A DNA stretch of 64,000 nucleotides from Schmidtea polychroa (Eukaryota): contig CM097888.1 in assembly GCA_044892525.1 (NCBI GenBank), positions 89,714,001-89,778,000 on the forward strand, given 5' to 3'. This document shows positions 52,206 to 64,000 of the stretch, one piece after another. The notes beneath the pieces are model-generated. The model worked only from the letters and a program-made list of their open reading frames with translations, ran no database searches and was not told the origin of the DNA. The position numbers and the translations under genes were made by a program. How positions within the stretch are numbered: the first letter of the stretch is position 1; the number at the start of each line of letters is the position of its first letter.

Positions 52206-53611
52206 AGAAGCAAACAATAAATAAAAATATTTGATGCAATGCTTTCTAAATGACCTTTACATTTCAGAGTCTAATTAGGATCATTCTTATTGAAACCCGA
52301 GCATTGTAAGTCTTCAAGAACGGGATACATCCTTTAAAATCTTTTTAATTTTAATATTTTTATGTCATGATTTCTTTATTTTATATTTCAAAAATTATTT
52401 TGCAATCTGGATTTACTTCTTGCGATGATCCTTAATAATTGAGGCTTTGAACACCTAACTTGTCCTCTGATCTCTAAGGGGTTGGATAAGTATTTGCATC
52501 AGCAGGGGAATGAATCCTCCAACCTTTGCAAGTGGCATTCATATGTTGTATATCTCTCAATTAGTTATTAATTTGCTATCCTTTCATCCAATTGTGAATA
52601 AATAAACATTTCCCAAACAGAATTAGTGTTCAACTCTTCATACCTTTTGTAATTTGTAAAGTAGGAAGCAACTCTATTTACTGGCCAAAGATTCTGGCCA
52701 AAGATTCTTCAAAGATTTACATTTAGTTATGTAGAAGGTGGGAACAATCTCGGGGGGGGGGGGGATATTGCAATGGTTGATATCTTAATACTTGAATGAA
52801 TAGGATTCTCTCATTGATTTCTTATCATATGTTTTCAAGCTGCAGAAGATGAATTTGTCAAGCAAACTATAATATGTCATTATATTAGGGCTAGTTTGAA
52901 GGATCATGATTCGTGAGGGGGCTACGCACACCTCATGGTTTATCGCTAGTTCTCCAACTAAATACAACTACATTTATCCACAAAAACTTATTTTTATTAT
53001 TAATAATGCCTATTATTAAAACACACCTCCATAGAAAAGAAAGACCGACCCATGCACTGATTTGCAATTCCTACCTTATAAGGACTACGTGCCTTCCAAG
53101 AAGAACATTTACTAATAGCAACTTGCATGATTATAANNNNNNNNNNNNNNNNNNNNNNNNNNNNNNNNNNNNNNNNNNNNNNNNNNNNNNNNNNNNNNNN
53201 NNNNNNNNNNNNNNNNNNNNNNNNNNNNNNNNNNNNNNNNNNNNNNNNNNNNNNNNNNNNNNNNNNNNNNNNNNNNNNNNNNNNNNNNNNNNNNNNNNNN
53301 NNNNNNNNNNNNNNNNNNNNNNNNNNNNNNNNNNNNNNNNNNNNNNNNNNNNNNNNNNNNNNNATATTATTTGGAATTAGTTGGCATATAATTAGTCCTC
53401 AGTACCAGAAGTACCTTACCATAAATGCAACTTCCTTCTTCTCTCTAAAGCTAAAAATGATATAGAATGAATTTTTTTAGGTCCATTGTTAAGATGGTTT
53501 CTTTATTCCTTGCTACATCCTTATCTCATCTATGAATAAGGTTATGTAAAACATTCCCATCATTGTTTATGGGAATTGTTAATGCATCATTATTTCTATT
53601 AACTTGTTTAC

Positions 53612-53615
<4 letters not shown>

Positions 53616-53670
<55 letters not shown>
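53616..53670. repeat. (TA)n microsatellite
   Basis: Direct reading. Confidence 0.95.
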
Positions 53671-53674
<4 letters not shown>

Positions 53675-54489
53675 AACATTTCCTACTAATGTCCGCGAAA
53701 CCAACAATCAAGATCAGAATGGGAACTTCATGATGTGATCCCAACTATTTTTCACCTGTTACTTAATTGTTCAAGAAATGGTTTTTGAGTTCATTTGATG
53801 ATTTTGGGGAGAGGGGGTTAATATATGTCATTGGGTTCATTGCTGGATTGACATTCTGACCAGCAAGAGTTGATGAAGGAATCTAAATTCCCCATGTGAT
53901 TCAGTCACCAGCAAGGATGAATGCGCCAGAATGGCATCCTATCTGGATTCCCATAATATGGTTCCTGTACAATTCAATAAGTAGCACGAACTATTATTCA
54001 CTATTTCAATCCGCAAATTTTCATTCAAATTATAGCGGAATTCAGATTTATTGAGTGACTTATCAAGGGTTTTGCCCTTGATGAATATTTTGCATTTGAA
54101 ATAGTAATTGGCCTTTTGATATCCCATTTATAATATGAAATAGGAATATGCACTATACTTGCAATTGACACATTTGGGGATCATTTATTAGAACCTTTAA
54201 CATTTGTATGGTGGAGAATAATAATATGAGATATCATTGTAGATCAGTCCATTATTGCCACCATTTACAAGGAGCTGCACAGCGGAAAGGAAAAAATTGC
54301 ATGTCAGTATTTTCTGCCGGGTGAGAAAGGTTGGACTTTATTATTCGTTGTATTTTCATAAAAAAAAAGTTTTTTTATAAAATAAAATATAAAAAATAGG
54401 AAATATTATTTGAGTAATTAAAATATAATTAAAAAAATAAATTTATTTTTCCCCAACAATAATTGGTAAATGCAATAATGATTAAATTC

Positions 54490-54580
54490 ACTTGAAAAAG
54501 GCAGTGCCGAAAATTCGTGAGTATCAATGGAAAAACTAATTAGTGGTGAAATTGGAAAAAAAAGTTCTTATAATAATAAT
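54490..54580. repeat. Member of a dispersed repeat family (core cacttgaaaaaggcagtgccgaaaattcgtga); other copies ~1180-1215, ~4290-4410 (-), ~34270-34375 (-), ~38915-38950
   Basis: Core motif seen at five loci in both orientations; probably a non-autonomous DNA transposon, ends not defined. Confidence 0.7.
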
Positions 54581-55443
54581 AATGTTGGAGTTAGTACAAA
54601 AACCAAAAAATTGTATATAAAAAAATAAAGGCATAACAAATATTGGTAGTCTACAATGGTAGAATCAATAAAAGTGCAAAATTAATTTAAACTTACTAAA
54701 AATCAAAAATCAATATTGATCGATTATGGTTGAACGCCAAATTGGTAGACGAGTTCAGAAATTTTAATGAAAATTTAATAAGATTTTCAGAGGAAAAGTT
54801 AATGCGGAAAAACAAATTAATTAAAATTAATTAATCGGTAATAGAAATCCCGAGCCCATGGGAAACCCGATAGAGTGAATATTTCAGGCTCCGATCTAGG
54901 ATAAACAAATTAAAATAATTTGGAAACCCTCAAATGTTTACCTAGGAATTCTCTAGATAATTACCCTCTAAGAAACAGTACAAAAAGAGAGCTCAGCAAC
55001 AGATAAGCCGCCATTTGGTCAAAGAACAAAAGAGAAGCTCAGAAAATCAGGTGATCAGTGATCAGTATATTGAACGAAAGGTGCAAATATAGTGACAAGT
55101 TGTAATTTATTTGTAATTGAATAAAGTATTCTGTTTTGAGTTTTGACTTATTTTTCTGAATAAGAACACGAGGAGTCAGTGAGAGAACGGACATNNNNNN
55201 NNNNNNNNNNNNNNNNNNNNNNNNNNNNNNNNNNNNNNNNNNNNNNNNNNNNNNNNNNNNNNNNNNNNNNNNNNNNNNNNNNNNNNNNNNNNNNNNNNNN
55301 NNNNNNNNNNNNNNNNNNNNNNNNNNNNNNNNNNNNNNNNNNNNNNNNNNNNNNNNNNNNNNNNNNNNNNNNNNNNNNNNNNNNNNNNNACAGTAATTAT
55401 ATATAAATTATTATAATTATAGAATAATAATATATAATCCCAG

Positions 55444-55610
55444 CCAATATTAATAAAAAGTTTTGGTGTATTTTATTATTTGCTTTAATAGAATTTCCTG
55501 CATTTCAGAGGTTGCCATTGGAATGTTGTCTTTTCTTTTGTTAGCAATTATGATTTCCATTTTCCTTGGTGCTAGGAAATATTGCCCCAATGAATATATC
55601 CAGCAACATG
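55444..55610 (+). CDS. 22-nt micro-exon (55444-55465) plus transmembrane exon (55509-~55610), paralogous to 20530-20707
   Basis: PILIKSF-EVAIGMLSFLLLAIMISIFLGARKY; 43-nt GT-AG intron; same phases as the 20.5-kb copy. Confidence 0.6.
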
Positions 55611-55935
55611 TGTATGAATTTATTTATTTGTTTTTGGCATTTTTATTATTATTTATTTATTCAATATTTTGCGAACCAAAATCTCAAGGAGCACAAGGGA
55701 TATGAGAGGGATAATTCCCTCGCCATAATCACTATAAATATTATACATTTAATATGAATTATATTGCTATAATTATATTGCTTGGTGATGACGAGATAAT
55801 ATATTTCTAGCACACGGGTACAAAGGGATCCCACAAATTATTTCAATATCAATCATTCGGTGATGGGAAGGATAAATAGTGAGGAACATTTACCTTATGG
55901 TTATTTTCATTTATAAATTTGTTATTATTAATCCT

Positions 55936-56217
55936 GATTCATAGTTATCCCTCATGATCAGGCCCCTCAGAACCATTCAGTATAAATAATCACACGGATT
56001 CATGGTCATCTTCATGATCAGAGACCCCTCTGAACCATTCAGTATAAATAATCACGCGGATTCATAGCTATCCCTCATGATCAGGCCCCTCGGAACCATT
56101 CAGTATAAATAATCACACGGATTCATGGGCATTATCATGATCAGGCCCCTCTGAACCATTCAGTATAAATAATCACACGGATTCATGGTCATCTTCATGA
56201 TCAGAGACCCCTCTGAA
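55936..56217. repeat. Minisatellite, 60-62-bp unit x~4.6
   Basis: gattcat starts at 55936, 55997, 56059, 56120, 56180. Confidence 0.92.
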
Positions 56218-56963
56218 AAAATTTCTATGATTTGAATTCAGAAATTGTTGCAAAGGAGTTTTGTGTAAATCGGATATCAAATCTAGATTTTGTACACATT
56301 TTATTGCATAATTGCAACCGTAAGATTTTGTAAATAATTTTGCATTCGTTTTGAACACGCTTTTGTTACATTTATTTATTTATTTCAATATGATTATATT
56401 ATTATTATTATTATTATTATTGATCAATTGTCAGCGTAGATTCCTCCAAATCCACTCGCAAAGATGCATTAACTTGGATCGATATGGCTTTTACATTATC
56501 ATTTCCAAATCCATCGTGAATCAGAACTTCGAATTTGTTTTTGAGCCTTTCTGACATTTCAAATCGATTTCAAATACTTTTCTGCTTCAGTAGCCGGTTC
56601 AGTCATCCAATGATCTGTTTTAATTAATAAATATTCTTCAGTCTCTTCTATTTAAGAAAATACAGTTTCAGGTGCAATTTCTTTGGGTTTTACTGGGTTG
56701 AAATGTCATCATTAGATTGAATTTCATCGCCTTCGCTGTCTAAGTATTCAATTAAACCTTTCATGTCAATATTACATTTGATTATAATCTTTTTCCAATT
56801 GTTGTGATTATTCATATTTTACAATTAAATCCTGTAAATAAGCTTCATATTTAATCATATAACCATTAGACAGTGACTGCCGAAATTGGCTCAATGCTTC
56901 TAACCTATATAAACACAACAAAACTGGTAACGCACCAATTTTGCAGAAAATTTCAATAATTAT

Positions 56964-57723
56964 TGTCGAACCCATATCTTACGCACGCCCATATCTTACG
57001 CAAAAAATTTTTTATTCTACACAAAGAAACAAAAAGCAATAAAAACACCAAAATATTATATAAAAAGCAATTAAATAATGAAATTTAATTATTGTTTTTC
57101 TAAATTATCTTTTTCAGCCTATTTTTACAAACCACCATGTGATTTTCTTCATTCAAATCCGATTTTAATCTAAAAGACTCGTTTCCAACTCTTTCTACTA
57201 TTATCCAACTTCCTTCTTCATAAAAATCTTCAATTTTTCTTTTTCTTGTTTCTGTGTTTGCATCAAAAGATTTCTTAACCAAGACACGCTCTCCAGGATT
57301 AAAAGTAATAGAATGATAGTGAACATCTGCATCACTCACCATTCTTCTGGTATATCTGTTTCGATAATTTTGGTCAACCAGGCTTTCTCGAATAATTTCA
57401 CTATTTGATTCAGCATTAATGCTTTCATTTTCATTACTATTGCCATTATTATTGGTGTTTAAATCCCCAACTAGATCAGTATATTCATCTGATTCAACTA
57501 AAAGTGAATTTTCATTATTAATATTTTCCAACAATAAATTTTCTCTCATTTCGCTTCTTTCTCTTCCTCTAAAAGCATTCATTGGTGTCGTGTTGATTGC
57601 TCTATGCCATGATGTATTATATTTAAAGACAATTTCATCATGAATGTCAATCCATCTTTTTATTGGCTGTGCCGATAAACTTTTTGCGTAAGATATGGGC
57701 GTGCGTAACATATGGGTTCGACA
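56964..57723 (-). mobile_element. Ginger-like DNA transposon deletion derivative (Gypsy-type integrase C-terminal half between TIRs), 760 bp
   Basis: 43-bp TIRs tgtcgaacccatat(c/g)ttacgcacgcccatatcttacgcaaaaa, TGT..ACA ends; ATTAT on both sides (56959-56963, 57724-57728); RWIDIHDEIVFKYNTSWHRAINTTP and FNPGERVLVK integrase motifs. Confidence 0.8.
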
Positions 57724-57925
57724 ATTATTACTCCATCTATGGGGAGTACTTTCAATGTGTTGTTATTGAAACTTATTTTTGCCTTCTGAGTACAAATTGG
57801 TCATTCTCTGTCATTTTCCTTGAATTTTTGTTCAGTGACTTTTTTAAGGAGTTTTAAAGGAATTTGTACACCAAGAATCATTAAAAACAGTTCCTTGTAC
57901 AATAAACAAGTAGTCAAAATAAAAT

Positions 57926-58100
57926 TTAATATTTTGTATAGCTACCTTTAGCTGGCAAGAGAGCAGCAATACGATTGGGCATAATATTAATAAGGTTAAG
58001 ACAAACAGAAACTGGAATATTGGTCCAAGCACTCAAAGCCAGAAAGTTGACTTTTTACATGTTGCCAGAGATGTTGTATGGGGTTTGAATCGGGCGATTG
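57926..58100 (-). mobile_element. Tc1 transposase C-terminal remnant
   Basis: QSPDSNPIQHLWQHVKSQL and WTNIP..LINIMPNRIAALLPAKGSYTKY* match the Tc1 C-terminus. Confidence 0.8.
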
Positions 58101-61100
58101 TATTCTGCAAGATATTCCTTTATAATTTTATTTATAACTTCCATTAAACAATTGTCGAAGTAATTGAAATAAATTTCCAAAACCCAAAAACCGTTTATTT
58201 TAATTTAATTTGAAATTCACCAAAAAATCCACGATTTAAAACAAAACTCGAAACAATTCAATAAAAGTGAATTAATAAAAAAATACGCAAATTCAAAACA
58301 TTGTTCACGTCTCTGNNNNNNNNNNNNNNNNNNNNNNNNNNNNNNNNNNNNNNNNNNNNNNNNNNNNNNNNNNNNNNNNNNNNNNNNNNNNNNNNNNNNN
58401 NNNNNNNNNNNNNNNNNNNNNNNNNNNNNNNNNNNNNNNNNNNNNNNNNNNNNNNNNNNNNNNNNNNNNNNNNNNNNNNNNNNNNNNNNNNNNNNNNNNN
58501 NNNNNNNNNNNNNNNNNNNNNNNNNNNNNNNNNNNNNNNNNNNNNNNNNNNNNNNNNNNNNNNNNNNNNNNNNNNNNNNNNNNNNNNNNNNNNNNNNNNN
58601 NNNNNNNNNNNNNNNNNNNNNNNNNNNNNNNNNNNNNNNNNNNNNNNNNNNNNNNNNNNNNNNNNNNNNNNNNNNNNNNNNNNNNNNNNNNNNNNNNNNN
58701 NNNNNNNNNNNNNNNNNNNNNNNNNNNNNNNNNNNNNNNNNNNNNNNNNNNNNNNNNNNNNNNNNNNNNNNNNNNNNNNNNNNNNNNNNNNNNNNNNNNN
58801 NNNNNNNNNNNNNNNNNNNNNNNNNNNNNNNNNNNNNNNNNNNNNNNNNNNNNNNNNNNNNNNNNNNNNNNNNNNNNNNNNNNNNNNNNNNNNNNNNNNN
58901 NNNNNNNNNNNNNNNNNNNNNNNNNNNNNNNNNNNNNNNNNNNNNNNNNNNNNNNNNNNNNNNNNNNNNNNNNNNNNNNNNNNNNNNNNNNNNNNNNNNN
59001 NNNNNNNNNNNNNNNNNNNNNNNNNNNNNNNNNNNNNNNNNNNNNNNNNNNNNNNNNNNNNNNNNNNNNNNNNNNNNNNNNNNNNNNNNNNNNNNNNNNN
59101 NNNNNNNNNNNNNNNNNNNNNNNNNNNNNNNNNNNNNNNNNNNNNNNNNNNNNNNNNNNNNNNNNNNNNNNNNNNNNNNNNNNNNNNNNNNNNNNNNNNN
59201 NNNNNNNNNNNNNNNNNNNNNAATATAAGTTTATATGAGTAAATAAAGAAATATTAAAAGAAATCTATATGAGTTTATTTGAGTAAAATGGGCACCCTGT
59301 TTGTGAGTAATTTTCATCATTCAGTGATCCAGCTGATCGTTCTGGCTGACGAATCCTGAAATTTAAACAAATATTTCATTAATATTAAATAAAAGTAACC
59401 GTCAATGAAATATGATCTTTTTCCATCGGGTTTCAGATAACAGTTAACATGCCTCCAAGTTGATCCTCCATTTCCACTTCGGAATTTAGTGTCGTCGACC
59501 AGTAAGGGGTCTTCGACCTCTCGTAGTCGTTTCAAATATCCAAGATAATAATTTCTAGGACTCAAATAACAGTTTGTCGTTTTGTTTTCCGAATGCGGCT
59601 TCTAAACCCATTTGAAAGTCTCATAAAAGATCTTGATGAAAACTCACGTAGTTGTGCTGCCTGGATGATCCTAGGAATGAATCATTGTTTGTCATGTTGC
59701 TATCAATTGATTCTAATTCTCCATATTTTTCATGATCCCGCCATTCTTCTCCTAGACTATATTTGAGCTTTCTATTTCTAATCAAATGTGATGGCTGGTT
59801 AAAATTGAATTGATTCTGAAGGGTAAAAACTGACGGCGTTTCTTGTTGTTTATACCTGCTGAATATGTTAGAATTTAGAGGATAGCTGATCCATTCACTC
59901 ATCGAGTTATAGGTCGTCCTATATCCAGTAATAGATTATGAAGGTTGGTAGAGAAAAGAGAGAGAGAGTAATGGCTTACCTAGGCTTCCTAATATTTGAG
60001 TTTGCTTCCATTTTATTTCAAAATCAAATCTGATAATCATATGTAAATGAGCTATGAACATTCTAACACTTAGTTACAGCGTTTGACGTGAGCTGTGTAA
60101 ATGTTCTAGATGAACCAGCACGTAATTGACATCATTATTGCTTGCTCACATCAGCAGTATTTCTAACAATAAGCATTCAAACAAAACAAAGAATGAATTT
60201 ACTTTCTCCCAAATTAGAATTCCTGGAGAGGGGTTCCAGTTGTTTTCACCATTAATTTCCATTTGTCATTTCTTGTACTCATATTTCTCACAATCGTTTG
60301 AATTCTAACATGACCTCCAATATATTTCAAATGTTCTTTAATTTGACCTTACTCTCGATTTCTTTGGCCGTTTTCACTAATCTTATCGTTGTTATGTGGA
60401 AAGCTCTCGCCATGAACATGTAATATGAGATTATTAGGGTTATCAATTTGTGTGACCTGTTACTGATTCTATAAGGCCTGATGCTTCCAATTTCAAGTTA
60501 ATTTTATATATAAATATGAATGCAGACCCCTGTAAACCCGCTGAAATTTATAATATCTTATTCCAATACGTGTTTCAGCGCCAAGGCTTCATTCCTGGGA
60601 TCAGTGAGTTAGCAAAAACAACATTAAAACGATATCCATGTCATATTTGACTGCAAACATCGAATGTAGGGCGTGAAAGTTAAAAACAAAGGAGCATGAT
60701 AACAGGCAGTCAAGACCAGAGGATAACTTGTAAAACTCATATTAAATACATTCGCATTTATCCTTGTCCATACAACCTTTGAATGTTCGGCTGTTTTTTA
60801 TTAGTCAAATTTTATTTCAATAAAAACCTACGCCTAAGAGACAAAGAGTTTTGTTTAAAGAGACGAGATTCGAATGTTGTCGCCAAAACTAGCAGGTTTC
60901 TTGGTTTCTTCACTCCTAAACAAGTATTAGTGAATGATCATTGATTGACAAGCATGGAGACTTAATCTACAGGATATCAAGACATTTGGACAGTTATATT
61001 TCTGAGGCAGTTCTCGTATGTTTATTGAATATTAGGATATCCGAATGGTTAAATCTTATATTATTTACTTTTCTTTCCGAAATTTTGACTGATTAGTTAT

Positions 61101-62819
61101 TAGCCTTGCAGTGATTATATAACATATTTCACATATCCTCCTTGCTACGATCACAAATGATAGAGTCCCAGACGATTTCAAATTTTTAAATAAGTCCTTT
61201 TCATCTTTTATACATGCACCTACCTATTTCAACTACAAAATCTATTTTTATACAATATCCTCAAGTGTCAAATTCTGTAATTAGATTTTTTACTTACTTC
61301 GCCTTTATGGGGTTCCCGTTTGCCCACGGCTACCAATGAGGACTGATGCAGTGAGCCGTTGGATGGCTTATACTAAATCTATATAACCTTCATCATGGTG
61401 TTAGGCTTCACATTTGCACATATTTTGTCATACATTTGGCGATTCGGAAATTCATGATCTTCGAACTTTCTTAAACAAACATTCCAGCTATTCAACCACA
61501 TCGAAATAAAATTAATAATTTTTAGTAATTTATATTTTTGTAATTTTTTGCATGTAAAAGTTTTATTGAATTTCTCAGTAGAAGGTTCGAAGGTCATCAA
61601 GTGCTTAATTAATCCGTTCATTGTCAGGCCTTAAATGATAAGGTCTATAGTATGCCCGTCTACTTGTCTCATCAGAGGTCATGAATGGGAGACATTTTAC
61701 TTAAACTGACATGCCCAATATGGCAGCCAGTAGGACAAAACCCATCATATACATAGCAAAAGCTGATTTATTGAAGAATCAGTAACATATATAACATATA
61801 ACATATAAACGAGATTTCAAGAATTTGAGTAAAGAACACCGAAAAACAGGGTGAAATAATTCGCGAATATTTATTAATAAATCAGGAGTCAACTGCTGCA
61901 AATTTCCAGATGCAAAGTAGTCCAATGATTGAAAGATTCAGAAAAGGTGCAAGACGTCATGACAGTAATCGAAAGGAAGTTTATAAGGAAAATATGAAAA
62001 TGGTGATTGAGAACTGAGCAGATCTTTGGAGGGATGCTGTGGAAATTAACTTTTGTGAAATTAATTCATTTATTTGCATAATATATTTATTGCACAACAA
62101 ATAATAATATTTGTTTAAAAATGCAAAAACGTGTGATAAGTTCAAATTTGAAAAATTCAAATTTCCATAAATAAATCTCAAGTTAATGATGACCTTTCAA
62201 TATGGTTCATTCATTTAATCTTTCACTAATCAGATTCAACACCTCCGCATGGCAATTCCGACTACAGTTACAGATATCCATAACCTACTAGATATATTAC
62301 CTAATCTCCCATATCCTGATTTCAATAATTCCATGATTGAATGATTCAATATGGAAAATTCAGTCTCTTTACAAAACCACCTTACAAAACTGACAAATGC
62401 TTAAGAAATAGAAGCCTTCCCCTCCCCCCCGACCGAAACATAAAGCGATATTCATTCAAACCTTTAATATAAAAAATTGATTGTATCACCTGCATTCATG
62501 AGAAATCTTCTTTAAGGAAAATGCCAGAAATGAAAAACAAATTAAATTTATCTAAAATCCATGGAATCAGCAGACATCGTGAAATCTCAGCCTTTCATAG
62601 CAATTCACAAAGGCACTCTATGTCTCTATCACAGGAAATTTGGTTTAAAAGCAATAATTTGTCAACAGCCATCTGATTGAGAACATATAATGAAGGACAA
62701 GGTTTCATTAAGTTCAGAGAGTGGAACCTTCGAAGTTACGACAAACTAGAATCCACATAACAACCAGACATTTATCATACCGGCAACATTAACATACAGA
62801 AGCGTTAGGTTTTAATTGA

Positions 62820-63880
62820 TCCAGTGGCTTATTCTAGAGTTTTAACATGTGACCCTACTTTTGGAAAGAAAGCCTTATTTAGCAGCATTACCTCTACCAT
62901 AAAGCACTATAGTTACAGATGCGTGTTACTACAACAACATTCAGACGAAATAAATCCTAAAATACTGAGCATCTTTCATACGAAAAAACGTCCGATGAAT
63001 CATTAAATGTTTTACAGACACTTCATTGGAACCAATACGAATAATGGAGGGAATTCTTGTGACATCATCATAAGAATTTCAAGAATAATTCTTCCAAAAA
63101 ATTTAGATTCTCAAAATTTCAAAGATTACATGATCTGTCTCATTCGGGCTAGAGGCCCATAAGAATGCTATTATCGGAAAGATTTATCTGGCAAGAAATG
63201 AGATCTGATGTCCGTTCATGAAACTGGAAATGTCTAAAATACTAGCAAGCTAAAATATCTTGTTACATAAGAATGGCACAAGGAGAAATAATAACTTTGT
63301 AAAGTTTCACAATCATAATGCATAGACATAGTTGGTCTATTGCCTTTAGTGAACAACAAAAATGCATTCTCACTATGATAAACAATTCCATTGAATGGCA
63401 TAGAAAGTATTAATATACTAAAGGTGGTCAAAAGAGAATTGATTGTAGACATGCTGATTCCCAAAATAATAATTAGTGATCTATAAAATGATTTTTACAG
63501 GAATATTGACATTGATCATCGAAAAACAACTGGATATCAAAGTTGAAAGATAGCACTGAAGCTTTAAAAATTCAGTCAAGTTTCAAGGCCAATGAAGCAT
63601 CTTGAATATTTGCTCATAATATTTCAATGGTTTTGTTGGACCTCCAAAATTCTTGCGCTAAAGGAATTAGTAGTCGTAAAAAACATAGATTACTAAGCGA
63701 TGAAACACTCAATTTTCAGAGAATCAAGACGAGCATCATCGAACAACATCTAATTGAAAGCAAAATTACAAATGAATAAAGTTTTTGTTCATAAAGAACT
63801 CGCCGATTGCAAAATCATATAGATGCATAAATCTTCAACCGAATGGTTAGAGATGAGATACAGTGCACCATTTAGAGTGA
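62820..63880 (+). mobile_element. Heavily degenerate Ty3/Gypsy pol remnant (RNase H-like region to integrase)
   Basis: PVAYSRVL; H2C2 zinc finger LHDLSHSG..ERFIWQEMRSDV..KC; IDIVGLLP; IPKIIISD; YSAPFRVIK; many stops. Confidence 0.6.
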
Positions 63881-64000
63881 TAAAAGGTCATTGGACATGA
63901 AAGATTTCAAAATTTTAATGTAGTACGAAAACAATCTAGTCAACACAGATTGACTCGGGGCTACTATAGAATCATCAAAATACATATTTTAACAGGATGT

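Noticed and set aside
57681-57711. ATG start of the 203-aa ORF 57100-57711
   Set aside because: MLRTPISYAK is translated TIR; the ORF is a truncated integrase, not a complete gene.
58301-59242. Long ORFs such as 58301-59242, 49697-50125, 52913-53380 and 8483-8722
   Set aside because: They are long only because they run through N-gaps.
59317-61620. Coding-like minus-strand fragments 59317-59902 and 61379-61621
   Set aside because: No recognisable motif; probably decayed retroelement sequence, left unannotated.

Overview
AT-rich eukaryotic (most likely animal) draft scaffold with nine N-gaps, standard genetic code and GT-AG introns ranging from about 40 nt to several kb; the species cannot be identified from the sequence alone. 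Most of the window is transposon-derived. By eye I could delimit, with both ends and a target-site duplication (TSD): a degenerate hAT (4910-7302), a Stowaway-like MITE (9234-9471), a 6.2-kb Polinton/Maverick-like non-autonomous element with 1.4-1.6 kb TIRs and a 6-bp TSD (12087-18253), a Ty3/Gypsy with 114/115-bp LTRs (22492-26095), an apparently intact pogo/Passer DD35D transposon (37161-38831), a Merlin (44545-46423), a Buster-type hAT derivative (48996-49575) and a Ginger-like element (56964-57723). Penelope, Tc1, IS630-like, second hAT and further Gypsy fragments are also present. Host genes: an ankyrin-repeat STE11/MAP3K-like kinase (30093-34834) with a tandemly duplicated activation segment and a 1-nt frame discrepancy; a laminin-G/EGF gene (43363-47168); and paralogous exon sets at 8.7/50.1 kb and 20.5/55.4 kb that suggest two related single-pass membrane genes, the first interrupted by the Polinton-like insertion. 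Exon models are manual and unverified by transcripts. No rRNA, tRNA or CRISPR was seen.
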